23,666 bases of DNA from Abditibacteriaceae bacterium (GTDB taxonomy: Bacteria; Armatimonadota; Abditibacteriia; Abditibacteriales; Abditibacteriaceae). Positions 16,133-23,666 of this stretch are shown piece by piece. How positions within the stretch are numbered: position 1 is the first letter of the stretch; every line of letters starts with the position of its first letter. Where the stretch lies: assembly GCA_031425655.1 (NCBI GenBank), contig JANPJS010000263.1, positions 1-23,666 of the forward strand. The letters are read 5' to 3'. The position numbers and the translations under genes were made by a program. Below the pieces are notes generated by a model. That model was not told the DNA's origin, made no database searches, and saw only the letters and a program-made list of their open reading frames with translations.

Positions 16133-17287
16133 TTAAAATGTTCCCGAAAATTCCAGCGATTTGCCCTCGGAATCTTTCTTGAACGTCGAGTTTTGAATGC
16201 GCTCCTGCAGCTTTTGATAATAAAGCTCATCGTCGAAGGGCAGGTCAACCCAGTTGTCCGTCCACGACGAGAGCAGCATGGCGTTGGCCAGCGTTACGCC
16301 GTTGATGCCTTCCTGACCGCGCGCCAAAAGCGGCACGCCGTCGCGGATGGCGGCCACAAAGTTTTTGGTGATGCCTTTGTGGTCTTCGCCGCTTTTGGTG
16401 GGAATTTCGATTTTCCACGTTTCGGGCTTCTCGAAGCCGCCTTTTGCGGTTTTTGTCCATTCGGAAACCGGCACGCGCGTCTGCCAGAAGGTTAATTTGC
16501 CTTCCGTCCACAGCAATTTGCCGCGATCTCCGACGATTTCCAGAGAATTGGTGCCCGGCACCTCGCCGGTCGCCGTGATGAAAGTCCCTGTTGCGCCGTT
16601 GGGATATTCGACGAAAGCCGTCACGTCGTCTTCGACTTCGATGTTGTGATATTTGCCGAAGCCGCAGGAAGCGCGAACGCGCGAAGGCATTCCACAAATC
16701 CACTGCCACAAATCGAGGTTGTGCGGGCTTTGATTGAGCAAAACGCCGCCGCCCTCGCCTTCCCACGTCGCGCGCCAGCCGCCCGAATCGTAATAGGCTT
16801 GCGAGCGAAACCAGTCGGTGATGACGTAGTGCGTGCGCTTGATTTCACCTAATTCGCCGCTGTGAACCAGTTCGTGCAGCTTTTGGTGCGCGCCGTGCGT
16901 GCGCTGATTGAACATGATGCCGAAAATCTTGCCGCTTTGCTCGGCGACTTCGTTCAATTCCTTCACTTGCTTGGTGTAAACGCCGGCGGGCTTCTCTACC
17001 AGCGCATGAATGCCGCCTTTAAGCGCGGCAATGGCCAGCGGCGGATGCAGGTAATGCGGCGTAGCGATAATCACGGCGTCCACGGTGCCCGATTGCAGCA
17101 GCGCGGTGGGCGAATCGAAGATTTGCACGTTGCCCTCGAAGCGCGTCTGCGCCCAATCGAGCGCAGCGGGCACAGCATCCGCGACAGCCACCAATTTGGC
17201 GCCGGGAATCTCGTTGCCATACAAATACTGCGCATGATGGCGGCCCATGCCGCCGATGCCGAGAACGCCGAAACGAACGTCTTTCAT
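16133..17287 (-). CDS. Gfo/Idh/MocA family oxidoreductase
   Basis: GVLGIGGMG, DAVIIATPHYLH, LVEKP, GWRATW.GEGGGVLLNQSPHNLD; AGGAG RBS. Confidence 0.95.
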   Translation of the reverse strand: MKDVRFGVLGIGGMGRHHAQYLYGNEIPGAKLVAVADAVPAALDWAQTRFEGNVQIFDSPTALLQSGTVDAVIIATPHYLHPPLAIAALKGGIHALVEKPAGVYTKQVKELNEVAEQSGKIFGIMFNQRTHGAHQKLHELVHSGELGEIKRTHYVITDWFRSQAYYDSGGWRATWEGEGGGVLLNQSPHNLDLWQWICGMPSRVRASCGFGKYHNIEVEDDVTAFVEYPNGATGTFITATGEVPGTNSLEIVGDRGKLLWTEGKLTFWQTRVPVSEWTKTAKGGFEKPETWKIEIPTKSGEDHKGITKNFVAAIRDGVPLLARGQEGINGVTLANAMLLSSWTDNWVDLPFDDELYYQKLQERIQNSTFKKDSEGKSLEFSGTF

Positions 17288-17366
17288 AAAAAATGCTCCT
17301 GTGAAATGCTCTGTTAAAGGATGCCCCGCACGCCGCCGCGCGGCAACCGGCGGTTTGGCGCGAACC

Positions 17367-19082
17367 TCACTTTTCCTGAACGATTTTCAGCACTTGATCC
17401 GCGCTGACGTTCAGCTTTTCGCTGCGCTGGCCGTTCGGCCACTGCACTTCTACGCGGTCAATGCGCGAGGCGGCGCCCAGCCCGAAAGTCAGGCGTGGGT
17501 CGTTTTGCGAGAGGTAGCCCGATGCGCTTCGCACTTCGGCGAATTGGCGCGTTTGGCCGATGGTGATGCTGACACGGGCACCGATGCCGTCGCGGTTGTC
17601 TTTGCTGCCCACGCAGCGCACGCCCAGCCAGTGATTGCGGTTGCCGCCCTCGTTGCGCAGCAAAGCCGCCGGGCCGTTCAGAGGCGTCATCAACATATCC
17701 AAATCGCCGTCGTTGTCGTAATCGGCGACGGCCAAGCCGCGACCGACGCGCGGTTTCACGAAGTCTGCGCCGGCGGCACGCGAAGCGTCGTTGAACGTGC
17801 CGTTTGCGGCGTTTTGATACAACAAAGCCGGCTGTGCGAACGACAAATCCTTGCGCGCCGCCGCGATGTTGTCGGCGACGTGGCCGTTGCTCACGATGAT
17901 GTCTTTCCAACCGTCAAGGTCAACATCCGCGAAGGTCGCGCCGAAGCCGACAAACGGCATACTGGGCGGCCCGATGCGCGAGGCGACCGTGACATCGGTG
18001 AACAAGCCTTTGCCTTCGTTGCGCCACAATTCGTTGGGCAGATCGGAGTAGTTGGCGGCGACAATGTCGGGGCTTCCGTCGTTGTCATAATCGGCCATGT
18101 CGGTGCCCATGCCGGCCATCGCACGCCCGTTTTCGCTGAGGGCCACGCCCGCTAAAAACGCCACATCCGTGAAAGTGCCGTCGCCTTTGTTTTCAAAAAG
18201 CGAGTTCGCGCGGCCATCGTTGGCCACGAAGAAATCAATTTTGCCGTCGCTGTTGAAATCGCCCCAGACCACGCCCAAATTTTTGCCGGCCACTTGTTCC
18301 ACGCCCGCCGCTTTGGTTACGTCGCTAAATGTGCCGTCGCGGTTGTTGCGGTAAAGGCGCCCGCTTTCGCCCTTAAATTGCGTGGGCGGGCAATAGGAAT
18401 AAACGCCCGCGCCAATCGCGCAGCGCGGGTCTTCGCCCACCTTATAATGGCAATAGTGCCCGACGTAAAGATCAACCCATCCGTCGTTGTCGTAATCGGC
18501 GAAAGCGGCGCTGGTGCTCCATCCCTTACTTGCGCCCAGCCGCGCTTTAGCCGAGACATCCGCGAAAGTGCCGTCGCCGTTGTTGCGATAAAGCAGGTTG
18601 CGCCCATAGCAGGTCACCAATAAATCAACCCAGCCGTCGTTGTCTACGTCGGCGGCGCAAACGCCCTGTCCGTAGCCTTTTCCCGCCACGCCCGCTTGCT
18701 TCGTGACATCGCTGAATTTGCCGTTGCGATTGTTGCGATAAAGCCGGTTGCCGCCTTGTCCGAAGCCCGAACTGCCCGGCAAAACTCCGTTTTGGACAAG
18801 GTAAAAATCCATCCAGCCGTCGTTGTCGTAATCGAACCAGCAGACGCCGGAGCCGGTGGTTTCCAAGAAATTATATTTGCCGCGTGCGCCGTTGTTTTGA
18901 CGAAAATCGAGGCCCGAAACCGCCGTCACGTCGCGGAAACGCAGTTTGAGCGGCGCAACAGCGGCTTTTTGCGGTTGAACAACAGTTGTTTGCGCTGTTT
19001 TTTGCTGCTGATTGCATCCGGCGAGCGCAAAAGCCAGCACAGTTATCGCGCAAAAGCGGCGTTTGACGGTGCGGCGTTTCAT
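17367..19082 (-). CDS. CRTAC1-family lipoprotein (FG-GAP/VCBS repeats + ASPIC/UnbV)
   Basis: Lipobox LAGC; repeated DYDNDG..D and LYRNN.DGTF.DV; C-terminal NRDGIGARV..GYLSQ...LTFGLG...EVQWPNG. Confidence 0.92.
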   Translation of the reverse strand: MKRRTVKRRFCAITVLAFALAGCNQQQKTAQTTVVQPQKAAVAPLKLRFRDVTAVSGLDFRQNNGARGKYNFLETTGSGVCWFDYDNDGWMDFYLVQNGVLPGSSGFGQGGNRLYRNNRNGKFSDVTKQAGVAGKGYGQGVCAADVDNDGWVDLLVTCYGRNLLYRNNGDGTFADVSAKARLGASKGWSTSAAFADYDNDGWVDLYVGHYCHYKVGEDPRCAIGAGVYSYCPPTQFKGESGRLYRNNRDGTFSDVTKAAGVEQVAGKNLGVVWGDFNSDGKIDFFVANDGRANSLFENKGDGTFTDVAFLAGVALSENGRAMAGMGTDMADYDNDGSPDIVAANYSDLPNELWRNEGKGLFTDVTVASRIGPPSMPFVGFGATFADVDLDGWKDIIVSNGHVADNIAAARKDLSFAQPALLYQNAANGTFNDASRAAGADFVKPRVGRGLAVADYDNDGDLDMLMTPLNGPAALLRNEGGNRNHWLGVRCVGSKDNRDGIGARVSITIGQTRQFAEVRSASGYLSQNDPRLTFGLGAASRIDRVEVQWPNGQRSEKLNVSADQVLKIVQEK

Positions 19083-20287
19083 GGCGCTCTCGTCTCCGCT
19101 GCGCCGAGTTTGGCCAGCGCCGAGCGCGCGGCCTGATGCTTCGGGTCAAGTTCGAGAGTGGCTTCGTATTGCGCGATGGCTTTCTCTTTATTGCCCGCCG
19201 ACGCATACAAATCGCCTAATTGGCGATGCAAATCCGCATCGCGCGGGCGCATTTTCGATTGCGTCGTCAGGTGGCGCACGCGATCTGCGAAGGCGATTTC
19301 ACTTTGCAAAACCTGTAACTGGGCTTTGGCTTCCTCGGCGCGTCCGGCGCGCTGATAGGCTTTGGCTAAGTTGGCGCGCACTTCGATGTCGCCGCGATTA
19401 GAAAGCAGGGCGTTTTCCAGATGTTCGACGGCTGCTTCGCTGCGTCCGGCGCGCAAGTCGAGAATGCCTAAAATGGCGTGGGCCGCGCCGTGTTGCGGGT
19501 TGGCAGCGAGGGCTTGCTCGGCTAAATCGCGCGCTTGTTTTAAATCGTCGGAGACGCCGCTTTGCATTTTGGCGCGGCTGAGAATCGTGAGAGCGTCCGG
19601 GTTCGAGGGCGCGATGCTTAATGCGCCCCGGCAGGCCGCTTCCATGTCTGCCGTCTGGTTCAAATCGGAAGAAATGTCCGCTAAAAGCAGCCATGCCGGC
19701 AAAAGCTGCGGCTCCAGTTTCACGGCGCGGCGCAATTCGGGAAGCGCGACTTCGGCGGGCGCGGTTCGCATCAACAGTTGAGCGCGAATGAAAGGCACGC
19801 GCCCCGATGATTTATCGGCGGCAGCGGCGCGGTCGAGTAGTTGACTTGCGCGCTTTAAACGGCCTCGTTTGAGTTCGAGTTGGGCTAAAGCGCACAAAGT
19901 GACCGCATTATCAGGCGCCAGCGCCACGGCTTTTTCATAGGCTGCGGAGGCGGCGCGCGTTTGCCCTTGCAGCGTTTCTAAATCGCCCAAAGAAAGCCAC
20001 GCCTGCGGATCATAAGGCGCCAGACGGCAGCCGTCCTGCATCAGGCGCCGCGCATCATCGGCGCGCTGCAATTTCAGGTAGTAAGTGCCAAGCTGATAGC
20101 GCAGTTCAGCTTGATGAGGCGCCGCCGCGAGGCTTTGCTCCATCGTGGCGACAGCTTGTAAATCGCGCTGCGCGGCTTCGCTGACGGGGGCGGGCACGCT
20201 CAATTTCGCACGCAGCGTCCAAGCCATCGCCAAAGCAATCAGGCCGATGGCCACTATTTTTACCAAGCGTTTGGGAATGGGAATCAT
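19079..20287 (-). CDS. Membrane-anchored TPR protein
   Basis: N-terminal hydrophobic segment and multiple TPR units (A...Y..A..L.P); ATGA overlap with the CRTAC1 gene. Start ATG20287 preferred over GTG20329 because TACACT lies between them. Confidence 0.85.
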   Translation of the reverse strand: MIPIPKRLVKIVAIGLIALAMAWTLRAKLSVPAPVSEAAQRDLQAVATMEQSLAAAPHQAELRYQLGTYYLKLQRADDARRLMQDGCRLAPYDPQAWLSLGDLETLQGQTRAASAAYEKAVALAPDNAVTLCALAQLELKRGRLKRASQLLDRAAAADKSSGRVPFIRAQLLMRTAPAEVALPELRRAVKLEPQLLPAWLLLADISSDLNQTADMEAACRGALSIAPSNPDALTILSRAKMQSGVSDDLKQARDLAEQALAANPQHGAAHAILGILDLRAGRSEAAVEHLENALLSNRGDIEVRANLAKAYQRAGRAEEAKAQLQVLQSEIAFADRVRHLTTQSKMRPRDADLHRQLGDLYASAGNKEKAIAQYEATLELDPKHQAARSALAKLGAAETRAP

Positions 20288-20306
20288 GTCCGGTGTGGAA
20301 GTCGTC

Positions 20307-20312
20307 AGTGTA
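20307..20312 (-). promoter_or_regulatory. Candidate -10 (TACACT) for the TPR-CRTAC1 operon
   Basis: TACACT 19 nt upstream of ATG20287. Confidence 0.45.
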
Positions 20313-20347
20313 GCGAAAAAGAACGTCACGGAAGTAAAGAGAAAGAG

Positions 20348-20363
20348 TGTGAGATTTTGTGAA
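20348..20363 (-). promoter_or_regulatory. Second copy of the direct-repeat box
   Basis: TGTGAGATTTTGTGAA is the exact reverse complement of 6144-6159. Confidence 0.55.
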
Positions 20364-20390
20364 TAGCGTTTAAGTCCCCTTTAGTTCAGT

Positions 20391-20430
20391 TATAATCCTC
20401 TCAACTTATCGGATTTAAGGAGTTGGTCTT
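20391..20430 (+). promoter_or_regulatory. TATAAT -10, leader and RBS of pilin-like gene 1
   Basis: TATAAT 20391-20396 and TAAGGAG; conserved before all three paralogs. Confidence 0.8.
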
Positions 20431-21159
20431 ATGTTATTTGTTACTCGCCGTATCCGTTCAGCGAAGCGACGTTCAGGCTTCACGTTGATCGAACTGTTGG
20501 TCGTCATAGCGATAATCGCGCTCCTCGCCGCGATTTTGTTCCCGGTTTTCGCACGCGCCCGTGAAAACGCCCGCAAATCAAGTTGTGCCAACAATGTTAA
20601 GCAGATTTTGTTGGGTGTGGCTCAATACACGCAGGACTACGACGAGACGTATCCCCTTGGTTGGGCCGGTCCTGGCAACATCACATGGAATCAGCGGATT
20701 TTTCCCTATGTAAAGAGCAAGCAGGTCTTCTTGTGCCCAAGTGAGTCCAACCCTACCTACGTGTTTTCCACGGGCACTCTGGATGGCGTCACCCCATTCG
20801 TCACGACCTACAATGCCAACAACTCGTTCATCAATGGAGGCGGTCCGAGTCTGAACATGGCTGACCTGGTGAAGGCGTCAACCACTGTCTTCATGAGCGA
20901 TTCGGGTGTCACCACAACTGCGGCTGCCCCCTACATCAGCACCAGTCCCTCCATCAAAAAAGGTGCTTGGATATTGGTTCCTGCCAACAACGGAAATGCA
21001 ACTAACTCTGGCAACGCGGACTGGGCTGGCCCAAATGCACGTCACTTGGAAACCGCCAACCTGGGCTTCGCCGATGGTCACGTCAAGGCAATGAAGAACA
21101 ATTCATGGTATTCCGTTGGTGCCACCACCCCGTGGCTCAACCCCGCAGTCGGCGGTTAA
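20431..21159 (+). CDS. Prepilin-type N-methylation / DUF1559 / H-X9-DG protein, copy 1
   Basis: G^[58 protein letters not shown]. Confidence 0.93.
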   Translation: MLFVTRRIRSAKRRSGFTLIELLVVIAIIALLAAILFPVFARARENARKSSCANNVKQILLGVAQYTQDYDETYPLGWAGPGNITWNQRIFPYVKSKQVFLCPSESNPTYVFSTGTLDGVTPFVTTYNANNSFINGGGPSLNMADLVKASTTVFMSDSGVTTTAAAPYISTSPSIKKGAWILVPANNGNATNSGNADWAGPNARHLETANLGFADGHVKAMKNNSWYSVGATTPWLNPAVGG

Positions 21160-21178
21160 ACCGCAAGCCATGATGAAT

Positions 21179-21214
21179 AAAAGCCCGCGATGTGGAATTC
21201 CATCGCGGGCTTTT
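21179..21214 (+). terminator. Intrinsic terminator 1
   Basis: AAAAGCCCGCGATG ... CATCGCGGGCTTTT. Confidence 0.85.
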
Positions 21215-21314
21215 GCGTGCCTGCGCGGTTGAAACCGTAAACTGCCCGCGTGAGCAACGGTCGCAAAATAACGCGAAAGGTGAGAAATCGTGTTTAGGTT
21301 GTCCTCATGTCGGT

Positions 21315-21355
21315 TATAATCTTTTCAACTTATTGGAATTTAAGGAGTTGGTTTT
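21315..21355 (+). promoter_or_regulatory. TATAAT -10, leader and RBS of copy 2
   Basis: TATAAT 21315-21320 and TAAGGAG. Confidence 0.8.
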
Positions 21356-22102
21356 ATGTTTACCTGTCACCGTGTTGCTGTAGAGAAGCGCCGTTCGGGC
21401 TTCACCCTGATCGAACTGCTGGTCGTCATAGCGATAATCGCGTTGCTTGCGGCTATCCTGTTCCCTGTTTTCGCTCGCGCTCGTGAAAACGCCCGAAAAT
21501 CCAGTTGCGCCAACAACGTCAAACAGCTCCTGCTGGGCGTTGCGCAATACACTCAGGATTACGACGAGACGTTTCCTGTTGGCCATAATGGCATCTCAGG
21601 CGCAAGCGTGTATTGGGGTCAGATCATCATGCCCTACATCAAGAGCACGCAGAGCTTCTTGTGTCCCAGCCAGTCCGGGGCGACGTATATATGGGCCACC
21701 ACACCTGCGCCCGCCGGAATTGCGAACCCCTTCGTCACCAGCTACGCCGCCAACTATCAATTGCAGCGCGATGGCGGCGCCGGTGGCGGACGGAGCATTG
21801 CTGACGTAGCCAAAGCTTCCAATACCATCTATATGTCCGATTCAGGAGTGCAGGCTACAGGCGCCGCTCCGTGGATTACGCCCAATCCCACCGTGAAGAA
21901 AGGGACATGGATTTTGCAGGATCCGACCACGACAGGTTGTCCTGGCTGTGCAACGAGCGGCAATCAAGACTGGGCTGGCCCCCATGACCGCCACCTTGAT
22001 AGTGCCAACGTCGGCTTTGCGGACGGCCACGTTAAAGCTATGAAATACACCACGTGGTATTTCGGCAATACACCGTGGCTCGACCCGGCGCGCGGCGGCT
22101 AA
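21356..22102 (+). CDS. Prepilin-type N-methylation / DUF1559 / H-X9-DG protein, copy 2
   Basis: Same motifs; [15 protein letters not shown]. Confidence 0.93.
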   Translation: MFTCHRVAVEKRRSGFTLIELLVVIAIIALLAAILFPVFARARENARKSSCANNVKQLLLGVAQYTQDYDETFPVGHNGISGASVYWGQIIMPYIKSTQSFLCPSQSGATYIWATTPAPAGIANPFVTSYAANYQLQRDGGAGGGRSIADVAKASNTIYMSDSGVQATGAAPWITPNPTVKKGTWILQDPTTTGCPGCATSGNQDWAGPHDRHLDSANVGFADGHVKAMKYTTWYFGNTPWLDPARGG

Positions 22103-22122
22103 AACCGCCTGCTTTGCGCTTG

Positions 22123-22159
22123 AAATCCCCGCGATGTGGAAACACGTCGCGGGGATTTT
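22123..22159 (+). terminator. Intrinsic terminator 2
   Basis: AAATCCCCGCGATGTG-gaaa-CACGTCGCGGGGATTTT. Confidence 0.85.
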
Positions 22160-22259
22160 CGTGTCTCGCTTTCTGTAACCATAAACTGCCCCGCGTGAGC
22201 AACGGTCGCAAAATAGTGCGAAATGTGAGAAATCGTGTTTAGGTTGTCCCCACGTCGGT

Positions 22260-22301
22260 TATAATCGTTTCAACTTATTGGAATTTAAGGAGTTGGTATT
22301 C
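22260..22301 (+). promoter_or_regulatory. TATAAT -10, leader and RBS of copy 3
   Basis: TATAAT 22260-22265 and TAAGGAG. Confidence 0.8.
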
Positions 22302-23045
22302 ATGCTGTTTGTTACTCGCCGTATCCGTTCAGCGAAACGTCATCAAGGTTTCACGCTGATCGAACTGTTGGTCGTCATAGCGATAATCGCTTTGCTCGCG
22401 GCCATTCTTTTTCCGGTTTTCGCCAGAGCGCGCGAAAACGCGCGCAAGTCAAGTTGTGCCAACAACGTCAGACAGCTCATGTTGGGTGTGGCTCAATACA
22501 CCCAGGATTTTGATGAGACGTTCCCCACCGGCCACACCAACAACGGCGTTAATTGGGCTATGAGGCTCGTCCCATATCTGAAAAACACCCAGGTTTTTAT
22601 CTGTCCCAGTCAGTCAGGGCCGTATCCGGTATGGGGCAACGTCGTTGCGGGCACTGCCGCCCCACTGCCAATTAATTACGTCGCCAATTATCGTTTACAG
22701 CGCGACGAGGGTGCGGGAGGAGCGCGCAACATGGCGGATGTTGCCAAGTCCGCATCCACGGTTTACATGGTTGACGGTGGAGCAACGGCCTTGGGCGCAG
22801 CGCCGTGGATTGTAAATCCGACTAATCCCACGCCGAAGAAAGGCGCCTGGATTTTAACTGACCCAACTTACGCCGGCGGTGGATGTTGCACCCAGAACGC
22901 TGGCGATCCCAACTGGGGCACCCCGTTAGATCGTCACCTGGACTCATCCAATGTCGGTTTTGTAGATGGACACGTCAAGTCCATGAAATACACCTCATGG
23001 TATTACGGCGGCACCCCGTGGCTCGACCCGGCAACCGGCGGCTAA
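22302..23045 (+). CDS. Prepilin-type N-methylation / DUF1559 / H-X9-DG protein, copy 3
   Basis: Start reassigned to ATG22302 (RBS and paralogy); HLDSSNVGFVDGHVK. Confidence 0.93.
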   Translation: MLFVTRRIRSAKRHQGFTLIELLVVIAIIALLAAILFPVFARARENARKSSCANNVRQLMLGVAQYTQDFDETFPTGHTNNGVNWAMRLVPYLKNTQVFICPSQSGPYPVWGNVVAGTAAPLPINYVANYRLQRDEGAGGARNMADVAKSASTVYMVDGGATALGAAPWIVNPTNPTPKKGAWILTDPTYAGGGCCTQNAGDPNWGTPLDRHLDSSNVGFVDGHVKSMKYTSWYYGGTPWLDPATGG

Positions 23046-23065
23046 ACCCGTCGCTTTGCGCTTCC

Positions 23066-23100
23066 AAGCCCCGCAACGTGAAACACGTTGCGGGGCTTTT
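23066..23100 (+). terminator. Intrinsic terminator 3
   Basis: AAGCCCCGCAACGTG-aaa-CACGTTGCGGGGCTTTT. Confidence 0.85.
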
Positions 23101-23124
23101 GCGTGTCTGCCGTGTTTGAAGCCG

Positions 23125-23130
23125 TAAACT
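23125..23130 (+). promoter_or_regulatory. -10 TAAACT, probable leaderless promoter
   Basis: TAAACT-N7-GTG, no Shine-Dalgarno, directly after a terminator. Confidence 0.55.
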
Positions 23131-23137
23131 GCCCCGC

Positions 23138-23666
23138 GTGAACAACGATTGGGACGTGATTATCATTGGCGCGGGCGCGGCAGGACTGATGGCGGCGATT
23201 TTCGCGGCGCGTCAGGAAATAGACGGGCGTCGTCCGCGCGTTTTAGTGCTTGATGGCCAGACCAAAATCGGCGCCAAAATTTTAGTGGCGGGCGGCGGGC
23301 GCTGCAACGTCACCAACGAAATCGTGGACGCAACGCGCTTTCACAGCGAATCGGACAGCGCAACGCAGACGCATAAATCGTTCATCGCGCGTGTGCTGCG
23401 TTCTTTTAATGTCGAAGCGACGCATCGTTTTTTCAACGACTGCGGCGTCGAACTCAAGTTAGAGCCGAGCGGCAAATATTTTCCCGTTTCCAATTCGGCG
23501 CGCACCGTTTTAAACGCGCTGCTGCACGAAGTCGAAGCGTCGGGCGCGGTTCTGAAAACTGGGTGCCGCGTGAGCGAGATTGAGCGCGGCAGAGACCCCT
23601 CACCCCCGGCCCCTCTCCCAATTCGCTTCGCGGGAGAGGGGAGTTCAAACTCTTCTGCTCTGAAAG
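23138..23666 (+). CDS. HI0933/YhiN/BaiN-family NAD(P)/FAD-dependent flavoprotein, 5' part (runs off the window)
   Basis: Manual translation: MNNDWDVIIIGAGAAGLMAAIFAA...KIGAKILVAGGGRCNVTN...GVELKLEPSGKYFPVSNSARTVLNAL; no stop codon before the window end. Confidence 0.92.
   Translation, partial: MNNDWDVIIIGAGAAGLMAAIFAARQEIDGRRPRVLVLDGQTKIGAKILVAGGGRCNVTNEIVDATRFHSESDSATQTHKSFIARVLRSFNVEATHRFFNDCGVELKLEPSGKYFPVSNSARTVLNALLHEVEASGAVLKTGCRVSEIERGRDPSPPAPLPIRFAGEGSSNSSALK
23596..23643 (+). repeat. BoxC-like palindrome inside the CDS
   Basis: CCCCTCACCCCCGG then CCCCTCTCCC-N12-GGGAGAGGGG (10-bp perfect stem, 23610-23641). Confidence 0.8.

Noticed and set aside
2208..18155. Long alternative-frame ORFs (e.g. 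2208-3053, 7644-8246, 8814-9467, 12525-13175, 17247-18155)
   Set aside because: Antisense or shifted shadows of well-supported genes in GC-rich DNA, with no recognisable motifs
21587..21607. NGISGAS in pilin copy 2 as an ApbE flavinylation site
   Set aside because: Lacks the usual Asp, is absent from copies 1 and 3, and the ApbE here appears cytoplasmic and lies 20 kb away
20431..23045. Diversity-generating retroelement acting on the pilin paralogs
   Set aside because: No reverse transcriptase or template repeat; differences include indels and are not adenine-specific
21160..23140. Regularly recurring intergenic sequences as a CRISPR array or ncRNA
   Set aside because: The period is ~930 bp with full genes in between; explained by terminator and promoter duplication; no cas genes
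23454..23648. 64-aa minus-strand ORF beginning MNSPLPRSELGEGPGVRG
   Set aside because: Antisense reading of the palindromic repeat and the HI0933 gene

Overview
GC-rich bacterial chromosomal window. The N-methyl/DUF1559/H-X9-DG proteins ([14 protein letters not shown]) suggest Armatimonadota/Abditibacteriota; this is an inference. Gene order: ApbE flavin transferase with an extra Sm/Hfq-like C-terminal domain; an AT-rich secreted orphan; an MFS transporter; a CpxA/CpxR-like two-component pair divergent from a Spy/CpxP-like gene; three signal-peptide-bearing caspase-like (peptidase C14) proteases (caspase-DUF4384 plus two WD40-caspase paralogs); a Gfo/Idh/MocA oxidoreductase; TPR and CRTAC1/ASPIC-UnbV genes; three tandem diversified DUF1559 pilin-like genes, each with its own promoter and terminator; and the 5' part of an HI0933-family flavoprotein that the ORF track missed. 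The best candidate for an undescribed system is the exported caspase trio, which shares a recurrent (R/K)-(G/Q)-I-x-(V/I) peptide that could be a cleavage site or tethered ligand. Also notable are an identical 16-bp direct-repeat box in two divergent promoter regions 14 kb apart, a captured promoter at the pilin duplication junctions, and BoxC-like palindromes, one of them inserted in frame. All family assignments come from motif recognition; no database searches were run.
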